Positions 20,265-29,923 of a stretch of DNA of 64,000 nucleotides are shown here, piece after piece. Made by a program: the position numbers and the translations under genes. Source of the stretch: an uncultured Bacilli bacterium (GTDB taxonomy: Bacteria; Bacillota_I; Bacilli_A; RFN20; CAG-826); the NCBI GenBank assembly GCA_963722445.1, contig CAVRMZ010000001.1:7535-71534 (forward strand), given 5' to 3'. Below the pieces are notes generated by a model that saw nothing but the letters and a program-made list of their open reading frames with translations, was not told where the DNA came from and did no database searches. The stretch's first letter is position 1. Each line of letters opens with the position of its first letter.

Positions 20265-22460
20265 TTAGAGTTTAACGGCCTTTAAGCGCAAGGCGTTAAG
20301 GACCACGCAGACGGAAGATAAAGCCATCATTCCGGCAGCAATCATTGGATTCAACTCGATTCCAACATAGTAAAAAGCGCCAGCCGCTAAAGGAATGCCA
20401 ACGCAGTTATAGAAAAAGGCCCAAAAGAGGTTCATTTTGATATTCGCGGTGACTTTTCTTGATAAGGTTATGGCTTTATTGAGATCGCGCAAGGAGCCGC
20501 TCATTAAGACAATATCCGCGGAGTTAAGCGCCAAATCGGTTCCGGTTCCGATGGCGATGCCGACATCGGCTTTTTTAAGGGCTGGGGCATCATTGACGCC
20601 ATCCCCGATCATGGCGACCGCCTCGCCGTCCTTTTGCAAGGATTCAATTAAATTGTTTTTGTCTTCAGGACGCATGCCGCCAAAGATACTGCTGATGCCA
20701 ACGATCGCGCCTAAGGCCTTGGCGCGTTTCTCGCTGTCCCCTGAGGCAAGATATAGCTTCACGCCTTTTGCCTTAAGGCTTGTGATGGCTTCCTCAGCTT
20801 CTGGCCTGATCTCATCGTTAGCGGCAAAGAAACCCGCATAGATGTTATCGACCGCGTAATACGTAATTGAAGCTCCGGAGTTTTCATAATCGTCTTGCTC
20901 GCCATGGGGGATCGCAATGCTTTTTTTCTCTAACATCGCGCGGTTGCCGATGACAAAGTTCCGTTTATCCACCGTCCCCGTGATGCCATAGCCCGGCTCG
21001 TTCAGAAATGCGGTGACCTTGGTCTTCTTCGCTCCAAGGTTCTTGAGATAAAGGGCGATGCTCCAGGCCAAGGGATGCTCAGATAAACCTTCAAGGCTGT
21101 AAACGGCATTGGCTTCCTTGCTATCAGGGTTAACCGAACGATAAGCCATGATGGTGAGATGAGAAGTCGTTAAGGTTCCGGTCTTGTCAAAGACCAAAGC
21201 CTCGCAAGTGCTGAGCTTTTCAAAAGCGGTGGCATTTTTGAAGAGAACGCCGTTTTCGGCCCCGCGGCCTGCCCCGACCATTACGGCTACGGGAGTGGCA
21301 AGCCCTAAAGCGCAGGGACAAGCCACGACGAGGACCGAGACCCCGAAGTTAAGGGAGAGATTCCAATTTTTTGTCGCGGCGAGCCAAGAGAAGAAAACGA
21401 TTAGCGCGATTCCCATGACGATAGGAACGAAAATGCCAGATACTTTATCGGCCAAAGAAGCGAGTTTTCCTTTGCTCGAAGCGGCTTGTTCGACCATGGC
21501 GGCAATTTTATTTAAAGTGCTGTCGGCGCCCAAGGCCGTGACCTTCATTTCAAAAGACCCCGTAACATCAATCGAACCGGTCAAGACCGAATCCCCTATT
21601 TTCTTGTAGACAGGAAGAGCCTCTCCGGTCAAAGCGGCTTCTTCAAGATTCCCATAACCTGAGACGATGATGCCATCAGCCGGAATCCGACTGCCGGGTT
21701 TGACGACGCAGACATCGCCGATTCGCAAGGCTGCTATTGGCTTCTCGATTTCGGAGCCTTCGGCATCCACCAAGGCGGTTTCGGGGGCTAAGGAAAGAAG
21801 ATCTTCCAAGGCGGAAGTGGTTTTGCTCTTGGCTAACGCTTCGAGATACTTGCCTAAGGATACAAGCGTCAAAATCATCGCTGTGCTATCGAAATAGACC
21901 GGTGTATTCATATCCCGCTGGCCTGTAAACCAAAAGACAAAAAGGACCAAGCTGTAGACGTAAGTGGCGCCGCTTCCTAAAGCCACGAGGCTTTCCATCG
22001 TGGGATGAAAAGTGAATAAGGCCTTGAAGCCATGAATGAAATAGGAGAAATAAATGATGATGACTGCAGTGGCTAAGGCCAATTCGATGCCTTCATTGAC
22101 GCGCCGATCGACAAAGGCAGGCCAACCCAGCATCGTCGCCATCGCGAAATACATCAAGACGAGAGACAAAATGGCTGCCCCAATGAGTTTGAATAAGGTT
22201 TTGCTAAGTTCCTTTCGCCGCGAAATGCGCTGGCGATTCACGCTCTCTCCAAAATCCATCGAAGCGCCGTAGCCGACTTTTTGAACGGCTTTGATGACCT
22301 CTTCGTCGTTGGCTTTGCCCTTAAAGGAAACCACCATCGAATTGGTCAATAAAGAAACCTGGACCTCATCGACGTCTCCCACCTTTTGCACCGCAGTTTC
22401 GATGCGGCGGACGCAAGCGGCGCAGAACATGCCATCAATTTTGTATTTCCGTTTTTCCAT
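20265..22460 (-). CDS. copA: copper-translocating P1B-type ATPase
   Basis: N-terminal HMA domain GMFCAACVRRIE. Also CPCALGLATP, DKTGTLT and GDGVNDAPAL. Confidence 0.9.
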   Translation of the reverse strand: MEKRKYKIDGMFCAACVRRIETAVQKVGDVDEVQVSLLTNSMVVSFKGKANDEEVIKAVQKVGYGASMDFGESVNRQRISRRKELSKTLFKLIGAAILSLVLMYFAMATMLGWPAFVDRRVNEGIELALATAVIIIYFSYFIHGFKALFTFHPTMESLVALGSGATYVYSLVLFVFWFTGQRDMNTPVYFDSTAMILTLVSLGKYLEALAKSKTTSALEDLLSLAPETALVDAEGSEIEKPIAALRIGDVCVVKPGSRIPADGIIVSGYGNLEEAALTGEALPVYKKIGDSVLTGSIDVTGSFEMKVTALGADSTLNKIAAMVEQAASSKGKLASLADKVSGIFVPIVMGIALIVFFSWLAATKNWNLSLNFGVSVLVVACPCALGLATPVAVMVGAGRGAENGVLFKNATAFEKLSTCEALVFDKTGTLTTSHLTIMAYRSVNPDSKEANAVYSLEGLSEHPLAWSIALYLKNLGAKKTKVTAFLNEPGYGITGTVDKRNFVIGNRAMLEKKSIAIPHGEQDDYENSGASITYYAVDNIYAGFFAANDEIRPEAEEAITSLKAKGVKLYLASGDSEKRAKALGAIVGISSIFGGMRPEDKNNLIESLQKDGEAVAMIGDGVNDAPALKKADVGIAIGTGTDLALNSADIVLMSGSLRDLNKAITLSRKVTANIKMNLFWAFFYNCVGIPLAAGAFYYVGIELNPMIAAGMMALSSVCVVLNALRLKAVKL

Positions 22461-22562
22461 AATCTTGCCTTTATCCTATAACGTCCGCTTCTTTTAAGAA
22501 AGCAAAGCACCCCAGATTCGTAAAAGGTTGTTTCTCAAAAATTGGAAAGTAAAATTAAAACG

Positions 22563-22979
22563 ATGAACATTTTGTTTTATCTTTTGCCTAAGAACAAGGT
22601 GGATTATCTCTATAGTGACTTCACGGTAAGGCAAGCTATCGAGAAGATGAAGGAAAAACGGTTTTCGATGCTTCCAATCATCGATAAGAAAAACGGGAAG
22701 TACCTCAAAACCATCGTGTTCTATGACTTCCTCGATTATCTTTCGATTCATCAGCTTTCATTTCAAGATCTTGAAATGGATTTGTTATCGGATATCCCTT
22801 GCAACAAAAACATTCGCCCCGTGGGGATTAACTGCGATGTCCAAGAGCTTTACAAGATCATCGTCGACCAAAATTTCGTTCCCGTTGTCGATGATGATGG
22901 AATCTTCATTGGCATCGTCACCCGCAAAGCCGTCATGGAAGAAATCATTAAAGAGCGTTTGGCGGTGAAAGAGAAATAA
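22563..22979 (+). CDS. CBS-pair domain protein (standalone, DarB/CbpB-like architecture)
   Basis: 139 aa made of two CBS motifs. It is a paralogue of the gene at 44831-45250 (MNILFYLLPKNKVDYLYSDFTVRQAIEKM vs MNILPFLTPKNQVEFLCGDMTIRQALEKM). Confidence 0.75.
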   Translation: MNILFYLLPKNKVDYLYSDFTVRQAIEKMKEKRFSMLPIIDKKNGKYLKTIVFYDFLDYLSIHQLSFQDLEMDLLSDIPCNKNIRPVGINCDVQELYKIIVDQNFVPVVDDDGIFIGIVTRKAVMEEIIKERLAVKEK

Positions 22980-23014
22980 GAAAAGAGCATTGGTTGGACC
23001 CAACGCCCTTTTTG

Positions 23015-23845
23015 TTACATCTTCTCAATGGCTTGAACGGTATTGGCGAGATAAGGCCCGGCATAGGATTCCACCTTGCCTTCATCGACGAGTTTGGCAA
23101 GGGCTGGATCCAAGGGCAATTCATCGAGAAACGGCACTCCAAGCGATTTGGCCGCTTCCATCGAGCCTTTGTCGCCGAAGACTCTAATATGCTCGCCGCA
23201 CTTGGGGCAAACGACATAGGACATGTTTTCGACAAGGCCTAAGACTTTGACGTTCATCATTTTGGCCATGTTGACGGATTTCGCGACAACGAGGGACACA
23301 AGATCCTGTGGCGACGAGACGACAACCACCCCATTGATGGGGATTTGCTGAAAGACCGTTAGCGGAACATCGCCCGTTCCCGGCGGCATATCGATAAGGA
23401 GGTATTCCATCTCCCCAAAGACGACTTGGGAATAAAGCTGCCCCACCAATTGGGAAATCATCGGTCCTCGCCATACCAAAGGAGCGGTAGGATTGTCCAA
23501 GAGGTTATTGGCGGAGATGATTTCCAGGCCTTTTTTGGTTTTGGCTGGGAAGATGCCGTTTTCGTCACCGACCGCTTGGTAGCCATTAAGCCCGAAGGCT
23601 TCCGGAATCGAAGGTCCGGTGACGTCGGCATCCAGAATTGCCACTTTGTGACCTTGGCTGGCAAGGCCAACCGCAAGCAAAGAAGTAACCAGGCTCTTGC
23701 CGACCCCGCCCTTGCCGGAAATCACCGCGATTATTTTTTTGAAAGAAGTGAGTTTATGCGTCTTGAGTTTTTCGATTTGTCCACGAGAGGAGCAATTTTC
23801 TTCCTCACAGGCCTCGCATTCATGATTGCAGTTTTCTTCGTTCAT
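23015..23845 (-). CDS. Mrp/NBP35/ApbC-family Fe-S cluster carrier ATPase
   Basis: Deviant Walker A SGKGGVGKS, CPKCGE, and a Cys-rich N-terminus MNEENCNHECEACEEENC. ATG 23845 has an AGGAAAA RBS; the ORF-track extension is rejected. Confidence 0.85.
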   Translation of the reverse strand: MNEENCNHECEACEEENCSSRGQIEKLKTHKLTSFKKIIAVISGKGGVGKSLVTSLLAVGLASQGHKVAILDADVTGPSIPEAFGLNGYQAVGDENGIFPAKTKKGLEIISANNLLDNPTAPLVWRGPMISQLVGQLYSQVVFGEMEYLLIDMPPGTGDVPLTVFQQIPINGVVVVSSPQDLVSLVVAKSVNMAKMMNVKVLGLVENMSYVVCPKCGEHIRVFGDKGSMEAAKSLGVPFLDELPLDPALAKLVDEGKVESYAGPYLANTVQAIEKM

Positions 23846-23935
23846 AATTTTCCTACCCTGAGCATTATACAAACGGGGCGACGGAAAGTCATTCAAGACG
23901 TTTGAGCCCCTTGGCACGCAGAGTATAGTAACTTC

Positions 23936-24817
23936 ATGGAATATTGGGATTTGGCCTTTGACACTCTCATGGACTCGGCAAAGATCTTCGCTATTGCCTT
24001 TGTTTTATATGTTATTCTGTCCTTTTTCGAGGCTAAGATAGCAAGGCTCCTTGAAAAACGCAAAAGATGGGCGCCTTTTTATGGCTCTCTCGTTGGCGTG
24101 ATTCCCCAATGCGGCATTTCGGTCGTGGCTTCCGACCTTTACGTTAAAGAACACATCACGATGGGAACCCTCATTGCGATTTTTATTGCTTGCTCAGATG
24201 AGGCCCTTCCGATTCTTTTCGGAAATTTCACCGGCTCATGGTATATGGCGTTCTTTTTGATCGGTATCAAAATTGTGGGGGGCTGCCTTTGCGGCATGCT
24301 AGTGGATCTAATTTATCAAAAAGGGGATGCCGAAGTGGCAGAGCATCTGGATTCCTGCGATGGCGAGGCGGTCATCCATCATGGTTGCTGTGGGCACCAA
24401 ATCGAGGAAGACGCTGAGGAAAATCCGTGGCATGAGCACTTGGTCCATCCGCTGATTCATTCAGCTAAAATCTTTGCCTATGCGTTTGTGATTTCCTTCT
24501 TATTTGGGTGTCTCGTTCTTTGGGTCGGCCAAGACAATCTATCGGCCTTTCTCACCACCAACTATTACGTCTCGCCAATTTACGCCGTCATCATCGGTCT
24601 CATCCCGAACTGCGCCTCTTCTGTCTTGATCTCAGACCTTTATCTTAAAGGAGCCTTGCCTTTTGGGGCTCTCGTAGCAGGGCTTGCCGCGAATGCAGGT
24701 TTGGGGCCCTTGTTTTTATTCAAGAGCAAAAAGACCGTTGCCAAAGGATTCGTGATTGAAGGCTTATTGGTGGTCTTTGGCTTGGCCCTTGGCTATGCCT
24801 TTATCTGGGTCCATTAG
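23936..24817 (+). CDS. polytopic membrane protein, putative heavy-metal exporter (ArsP_2-like)
   Basis: 293 aa with about 8-10 TM helices. Conserved IPQCGISV and IPNCASSV pseudo-repeat motifs. A His/Cys-rich loop HLDSCDGEAVIHHGCCGHQIEED...HEHLVHPLIH. Confidence 0.5.
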   Translation: MEYWDLAFDTLMDSAKIFAIAFVLYVILSFFEAKIARLLEKRKRWAPFYGSLVGVIPQCGISVVASDLYVKEHITMGTLIAIFIACSDEALPILFGNFTGSWYMAFFLIGIKIVGGCLCGMLVDLIYQKGDAEVAEHLDSCDGEAVIHHGCCGHQIEEDAEENPWHEHLVHPLIHSAKIFAYAFVISFLFGCLVLWVGQDNLSAFLTTNYYVSPIYAVIIGLIPNCASSVLISDLYLKGALPFGALVAGLAANAGLGPLFLFKSKKTVAKGFVIEGLLVVFGLALGYAFIWVH

Positions 24818-24983
24818 AAGGTGTATATTTTTTTCGTCATGAAAACACCTAACAAAAAAAACAACCCAGGCCACAGCGAACAGCGTCTTAACCGGACGGG
24901 AGAAGACATTGACATGCTCAATGAGACCAAGACCGATCCCGAAAGCGGAGAGGCGGGTTCCTCTCATTACAAGGATGACATTG

Positions 24984-25502
24984 ATGGGGCTTAATCTTCG
25001 CAAAACCTTGGTGGTTGGAGATTATAAAATTTTTGGTGATCCGCTTTTCGAAGGCATGTCTTCCTTTATCGAAGGGTTGGTTCAAAGCAACCACGAAGTT
25101 TTGCGTTTCGATTTTCTCAAAAAAAGAATCGGGCCTTGCAATAACTGCGGGGCTTGTAACACCAGTGAGTTCCCTTGCGCCTATTTGGATGACTTTAATT
25201 TATTCGCTTCCGGCCTTTTGGAAGCGGACGCTCTCGTTCTTTTTGCGGAAGGCGAGTTTTCTAAGCCGCTGCATAACGCTTTGGACAAATTCACCGCCTT
25301 TGCCACCGACTCCAGAAAAGAGCCTCATCTCAATAAGGCCTATTTGATTTTTCTTGGAAGCGAAATAGAGGAAAAAAAGATGATGGCCTCTTGGGTCATT
25401 GCCTTGCTGAATGTGGCGCCAGAAGAAGCGCAGGCTTTCCGTTACGGCAAAATAAGCGAAAAAGAAAAGGCCGAACTCAAGGCTCTAGGCGCAAGGCTCT
25501 AG
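24984..25502 (+). CDS. flavodoxin-like fold protein (NAD(P)H-dependent oxidoreductase family, divergent)
   Basis: The PCNNCGACN...CAYLDDF pattern resembles iron-sulfur flavoprotein/flavodoxin-like reductases. Start is uncertain (ATG 24975 or 24984). Confidence 0.45.
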   Translation: MGLNLRKTLVVGDYKIFGDPLFEGMSSFIEGLVQSNHEVLRFDFLKKRIGPCNNCGACNTSEFPCAYLDDFNLFASGLLEADALVLFAEGEFSKPLHNALDKFTAFATDSRKEPHLNKAYLIFLGSEIEEKKMMASWVIALLNVAPEEAQAFRYGKISEKEKAELKALGARL

Positions 25503-26042
25503 GTTTTCAAGGATGTTTAGAAGATTCGTGGCAAACGAAATGTCGTTTTGAAGCGAAGAGGCTTCAAGGCTGGGAAAATGGATGAACAAACACGGTATTT
25601 TCGAAGATAGATCCAGATAGTAGACTTCGTTGCAGACATATCTTCCGGGATTCGTGCTCATCTCGTTTTCAAATCCTTTTTCTTTTAAAGAATCGTGCCA
25701 CGCTTCTAAAGGAAGCGGGTTTATAAGAGAAGGTAGTCCCTCTGGCAGGATCTTTTCACCTGCGGCGGCCTTATGGTCATTATCGGGATGAAGGGAATTC
25801 ATTTCATTAAAGGCCATTTTCTCCAAGGAGACGTAGCGGCGGGAAGCCGCTAAGCCAAAGGAGAGAATAAAATCGTAGGACTTATCCTTGATTTGCCTTT
25901 CTAAAAGCTGTTTCGCTCCGCTATAAGTGACGGGCAGAATCAAGACATCGATATTGGGCTTTTTTAAAAATATCGCCACGAGTTCGGAGGGATTGGCCTT
26001 ATGAGCGAGAAAGGGCCCAAAACCCGTTATCAGGAATTTCAT
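25485..26042 (-). CDS. pcp: pyroglutamyl-peptidase I
   Basis: MKFLITGFGPF N-terminus, Cys nucleophile region PGRYVCNEVYY, and His region LFIHFP. ATG 26042. Confidence 0.8.
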   Translation of the reverse strand: MKFLITGFGPFLAHKANPSELVAIFLKKPNIDVLILPVTYSGAKQLLERQIKDKSYDFILSFGLAASRRYVSLEKMAFNEMNSLHPDNDHKAAAGEKILPEGLPSLINPLPLEAWHDSLKEKGFENEMSTNPGRYVCNEVYYLDLSSKIPCLFIHFPSLEASSLQNDISFATNLLNILENLEPCA

Positions 26043-26110
26043 AGCTCCATTTAACCGCGTCTTCAAAGCTGTTTCATTCTTTTTTGAAAGCAAATGATTA
26101 TACTAAAATC

Positions 26111-26761
26111 ATGGATAAGGTTCCGCCGAAACAAAAAGAGGCTCGTCTTTATTATCGCAACAAGTTTGTGAAGTCCCTTTATTTTTATAGTTTTCTAGGT
26201 TTGGCTTTAATCGTATTGGCCAACCTTCTTTTCTCCTCCGTTGGTCTTGCGATGGATTTGGGGCAAAGGGACGCCGCATGGTTTATCGTTGCTCTTTCTA
26301 TCTCTGCTGCCGCGCTTATTCTAGCAGGCGTTTTAGCGGGTTTGACCTTTGTGGGCGGAGCCTCTGGCCTGACGTTGAAAAGAGTGAAGGCCACCGAAAT
26401 CATTCGCATCATTCTTCGCTTCTTGAACGCTTTTGGGGGAACGGCGTTATTCGTGACGGCATTTTTGCGCGATGGAGAAGTTCAAGAAAGCTGGATTCCG
26501 CTTCTCCAAGGTTATGGCTTAGCGATTTTGACGATTGAAGGCCTTATGGCTTTTTACGCCGTTTGGAGAGTGGCTTGGGTTGCCGCCAATCCCGAAAAGT
26601 ATACAACCCCAGCGGGTCAGGATTATTTGGAAGCGACTTCTCCTTTGGCGATAAAACTCAAAACTCCTTCCCCTCAGAAAACGGGAGATTCGACGAAGGA
26701 CGCCCCGAAAGAAACCATTGAGGTCAAAACCAAACCCGTCAGCAAGAATCCTAAAAAGTAG
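26111..26761 (+). CDS. membrane protein, function unknown
   Basis: About 216 aa with 5 hydrophobic helices and a Lys/Pro-rich C-terminal tail. Confidence 0.55.
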   Translation: MDKVPPKQKEARLYYRNKFVKSLYFYSFLGLALIVLANLLFSSVGLAMDLGQRDAAWFIVALSISAAALILAGVLAGLTFVGGASGLTLKRVKATEIIRIILRFLNAFGGTALFVTAFLRDGEVQESWIPLLQGYGLAILTIEGLMAFYAVWRVAWVAANPEKYTTPAGQDYLEATSPLAIKLKTPSPQKTGDSTKDAPKETIEVKTKPVSKNPKK

Positions 26762-26769
26762 TCTTGTTT

Positions 26770-27564
26770 TTATTTGATGGGGAGTTTATAGACCGCGATG
26801 GCATTTCTGGCCATGAGGTTATGGTAGAGGCGCGGTGGCAATTTGACTTTGTTGTGGAAATAGGCTTGATACATTGGGTTATTCAGGGTATCGACCCCGT
26901 CAATCGGATTGTCGGTTCCAAACATGATGCGATTTTCCCCGATGGTTTCCAAAACCCTTTTAGCGGTTTTCATATCGACCCAAGCGGTGTCCCCATAGAC
27001 ATTGGGGTGAGCTTTCAAAACCTCAAGAGCCGACCGATGGTCATCCGTGCAGCATAGCTGAAGATGGGCCGCCACAAAAGTCAGGTCCGGATAGGCTGCG
27101 GCGACTTCACCTAAAAAGGCCACGTCGCTATAAATGTCTTCCGCGGTATGGACAAGAAGCGGCAACGCGTATTTCCGTGCCAATTCAAGATAAGGCATCA
27201 TCTTTTTGGAGCTGATCTTCAGATGGCTTTCAAAAGGATGGAACTTTAGCCCATAGATCAAGGAACGGTTTTTCTCGATGAGAGCCATAAGCTCGGGCTG
27301 GATGATTTCGTTATGGGGGTTGACCCAAACCAAAGCCCCCAGTTTTGAGGGATTTTCTTTAACAAATTTCAAAACGGTTTTCAATCCCGTGATCTGATCG
27401 ATTTTGTGGATTCCCCATTTCGTCAAGGAAGGGTATTCGGAGCAGTCGCAGTCGCTCACTAAAGAAAAAGCCACCCCATAGCGCTTTTGGCTTTCGAGAA
27501 CCATTTCTTCGGATTCCCGGATGGAAGGCCAAGTAGCGATATGGGCGTGACTGTCGATGATCAT
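26770..27564 (-). CDS. amidohydrolase-family metal-dependent hydrolase
   Basis: MIIDSHAHI (HxH metal site), plus later VHTAED and AAHL motifs. Confidence 0.7.
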   Translation of the reverse strand: MIIDSHAHIATWPSIRESEEMVLESQKRYGVAFSLVSDCDCSEYPSLTKWGIHKIDQITGLKTVLKFVKENPSKLGALVWVNPHNEIIQPELMALIEKNRSLIYGLKFHPFESHLKISSKKMMPYLELARKYALPLLVHTAEDIYSDVAFLGEVAAAYPDLTFVAAHLQLCCTDDHRSALEVLKAHPNVYGDTAWVDMKTAKRVLETIGENRIMFGTDNPIDGVDTLNNPMYQAYFHNKVKLPPRLYHNLMARNAIAVYKLPIK

Positions 27565-28190
27565 CAGCGAATCCTAATTCCTGACTTCTCTTCTATTTTA
27601 TTCATCAGCGTCGTCATTTGGCTCTCATCAATTCCGTTTTGGGCGGAATTCTCAAAGACGAAATCCACGATCCGGGAACTGGGTTCAATGTATTTTTTAT
27701 GCATCGGACGAACGGTGGCCAGATACTGAGCAATCACGGATTCGGGCGTCCGACCCCGCTCCGCCTCGTCGCGAAGGATGCGGCGGCAAAGCCGAATATC
27801 GCTTTCCGCATCGACGTAAACCATATAGTCATAGTACTTTTTGGGATTTGCGATTGAGAAAACGAGAATGCCTTCGACCACGATGATGGGGGTTGGGGCA
27901 AAAGTGGTGGTTTCTTTCTCGCGGGCGTGGATGGCGAAATTATAAATCGGCACTTGAATGGTTTTGTTGTTATGGAGGTCTTCCAAGGCCGTGACGAAGA
28001 GCTGTTCATCGAGGACCTTGGGGTCGTCATAATTGACTTTGGCTCGTTCTTCAAGCGGCTTGGAGGATTGGTCGCAATAGTAGGAATCATAAGATAGAAT
28101 CGAAGAATTCGGGATTCTCTTTTGAAGAGCTCTCGCTAACGTCGTTTTTCCGGAACCCGAGCCTCCGCCAACCGCGATGATGAATGGCAT
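27564..28190 (-). CDS. udk: uridine kinase
   Basis: P-loop IAVGGGSGSGKTT and the downstream pattern YDSYY...NYDDP. Confidence 0.9.
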   Translation of the reverse strand: MPFIIAVGGGSGSGKTTLARALQKRIPNSSILSYDSYYCDQSSKPLEERAKVNYDDPKVLDEQLFVTALEDLHNNKTIQVPIYNFAIHAREKETTTFAPTPIIVVEGILVFSIANPKKYYDYMVYVDAESDIRLCRRILRDEAERGRTPESVIAQYLATVRPMHKKYIEPSSRIVDFVFENSAQNGIDESQMTTLMNKIEEKSGIRIR

Positions 28191-28334
28191 ATGAATACCC
28201 TAGGTATTCTATGTCAATTGGTTTATCGATTCACTAATAAACTTAGCAGGTTTCGAAAGGGCTGCTACAGCCTTGTCAAACCATAGGAAAGTCTTGCCTC
28301 TTCTCTTTATATGAGTAAAATTGTTCGTGCCTAT

Positions 28335-28409
28335 TGGGGTGTAGCCAAGTGGTAAGGCATCGGACTCTGAATCCGAGATGCACTGGTCCGACCCCAGTCA
28401 CCCCAGCCA
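28335..28409 (+). tRNA. tRNA-Gln (CTG)
   Basis: Hand-folded. Acceptor TGGGGTG/CACCCCA. Anticodon arm TCGGA-CTCTGAA-TCCGA. T-arm ACTGG-TCCGACC-CCAGT. Encoded GCCA end. Confidence 0.85.
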
Positions 28410-28420
28410 ATAGGAAAATA

Positions 28421-28449
28421 AAACGTCGCGCTTGCCGCGACGTTTTTTT
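28421..28449. terminator. bidirectional terminator (tRNA-Gln / pepT)
   Basis: Hairpin AAACGTCGCG-CTTGC-CGCGACGTTT followed by a T-run. Confidence 0.7.
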
Positions 28450-28462
28450 CATTGGCGATATA

Positions 28463-29671
28463 TCAGGCTTTAACGAGAGCTTTCACGATTTCGATCATCA
28501 CGTTGAAGTCCTTGACCGACAGGTATTCGTAACGGCCATGGTGGTTGTAGCTCCCGGTTCCTAAGTTCGGGGTGGGGCAGCCCAAGAAGGAGAACGTGGC
28601 GCCATCGGTTCCGCCACGAATAGGGCTGTAGACCGGGGTGATTCCTAAGCTTCGCATCGTCTTATCCACGTGTTGGACGGCGCGTGGATCTTTATCGAGC
28701 ACTTCTTTCATGTTGCGATAGTCATCGGTGAGGGTTAGTTCGATTTTTGCCCTTGGATACTTCTTCTCAAGATAGGCCTTGGCATCTTTGAATTCGTCTT
28801 TTTGGCGCAACAGTTTTTCGCGGTTATGATTCCGGATGATGTAGCGAAAAGTCACCTCTTCGGCAGTGCCGTTTTCCGCTAAAAGATGATTGAAGCCATC
28901 ATAGCCATCGGTGTATTCTGGCTTTTCATTCACGGCAAGCAAGGAATCGAATTCATGAGCAAGCCTTAAGGCGTTAATCATCTTATCCTTGGCTTCGCCT
29001 GGGTGGATCGAAACCCCAGTGATTTTGAGATCGGCGTGGGCGGCGTTGAAGTTCTCATCTTCGATTTTGTCCGGATCGTCACCATCGATCGTATAAGCGA
29101 AATCCGCTCCGAATTTTTTAGCGTCGAAATGCTCTGGCCCCCGTCCGATTTCCTCGTCGGGGGTGAATAGAACGCAGATGGTATGATGCTTGATTTCCTT
29201 GTGTTTCGCGTAGAAAGAAAGCACGCTCATGATGATGGCGTCCCCAGCCTTGTCGTCTCCTCCAAGGAGCGTGTTGCCATCCGTGACGATAAGATCATCG
29301 CCAAGATGTCTTTTTAAAGAAGGAAAATCATTAGGATCCATCGTCAGTTTGCTATTGAGTTTGATGGGACCGCCATCATATTTTTCTACGAGCCGCGGAT
29401 GCACGTTTTTGCCTGAAACTTCTAAGGCGGTGTCAACATGGCTGTTAAGTCCAATCGCCGGCAAACCTTTTTCGCCTAAAAGCTTGGCATAGACGCGTCC
29501 ATATTGATCGAGATCGGCTTTGAGGCCTAACTCCTCTAATTCCTTGACCAGCAATTTTGAAAGCGTGAGTTCTTTCTTCGCGCTTGGGGTGGAGGAAGAA
29601 GTATCGTCGCTTTGGGTGTCGATTTTGACATAGCGGACGAATCTTTCGAGATTCTCGTCCATTTTTTGCAT
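28463..29671 (-). CDS. pepT: peptidase T (tripeptide aminopeptidase, M20B)
   Basis: 402 aa. FVRYVKIDTQSD, NSHVDT, GGDDKAG, TPDEEIG and GGTDG motifs. Confidence 0.9.
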   Translation of the reverse strand: MQKMDENLERFVRYVKIDTQSDDTSSSTPSAKKELTLSKLLVKELEELGLKADLDQYGRVYAKLLGEKGLPAIGLNSHVDTALEVSGKNVHPRLVEKYDGGPIKLNSKLTMDPNDFPSLKRHLGDDLIVTDGNTLLGGDDKAGDAIIMSVLSFYAKHKEIKHHTICVLFTPDEEIGRGPEHFDAKKFGADFAYTIDGDDPDKIEDENFNAAHADLKITGVSIHPGEAKDKMINALRLAHEFDSLLAVNEKPEYTDGYDGFNHLLAENGTAEEVTFRYIIRNHNREKLLRQKDEFKDAKAYLEKKYPRAKIELTLTDDYRNMKEVLDKDPRAVQHVDKTMRSLGITPVYSPIRGGTDGATFSFLGCPTPNLGTGSYNHHGRYEYLSVKDFNVMIEIVKALVKA

Positions 29672-29923
29672 CCTTCTTTCGGGGTTATTGTAATCCCTTT
29701 CGCCAATTCGGAAAAAGAAAACATTGGATTATCCGCGAAGAAAAAGCATTGCTTCCTGAGACTCAGCTTGCCTTTTTCGCCCAAGGCGTCAAATGGCATT
29801 GCAAACTATTGGAAATTCGGCAAAGAGGTTTTGATGATTTTTAATCGCTTTTATTGAGATTAAGCGCCGAAAGATTAGAATGATTGACGTCAGCCTGCCC
29901 GCAGGTTTAAGGAGTTACAGCAT

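Noticed and set aside
24839-24994. 51-aa hydrophilic ORF (MKTPNKKNNPGHSEQRLNRTGEDIDMLNETKTDPESGEAGSSHYKDDIDGA)
   Set aside because: There is no SD at proper spacing. It has low-complexity composition and overlaps the likely start region of the flavodoxin-like gene.
28334-28564. 76-aa plus-strand ORF starting at tRNA-Gln
   Set aside because: It begins inside the tRNA and runs through a terminator into the antisense of pepT.
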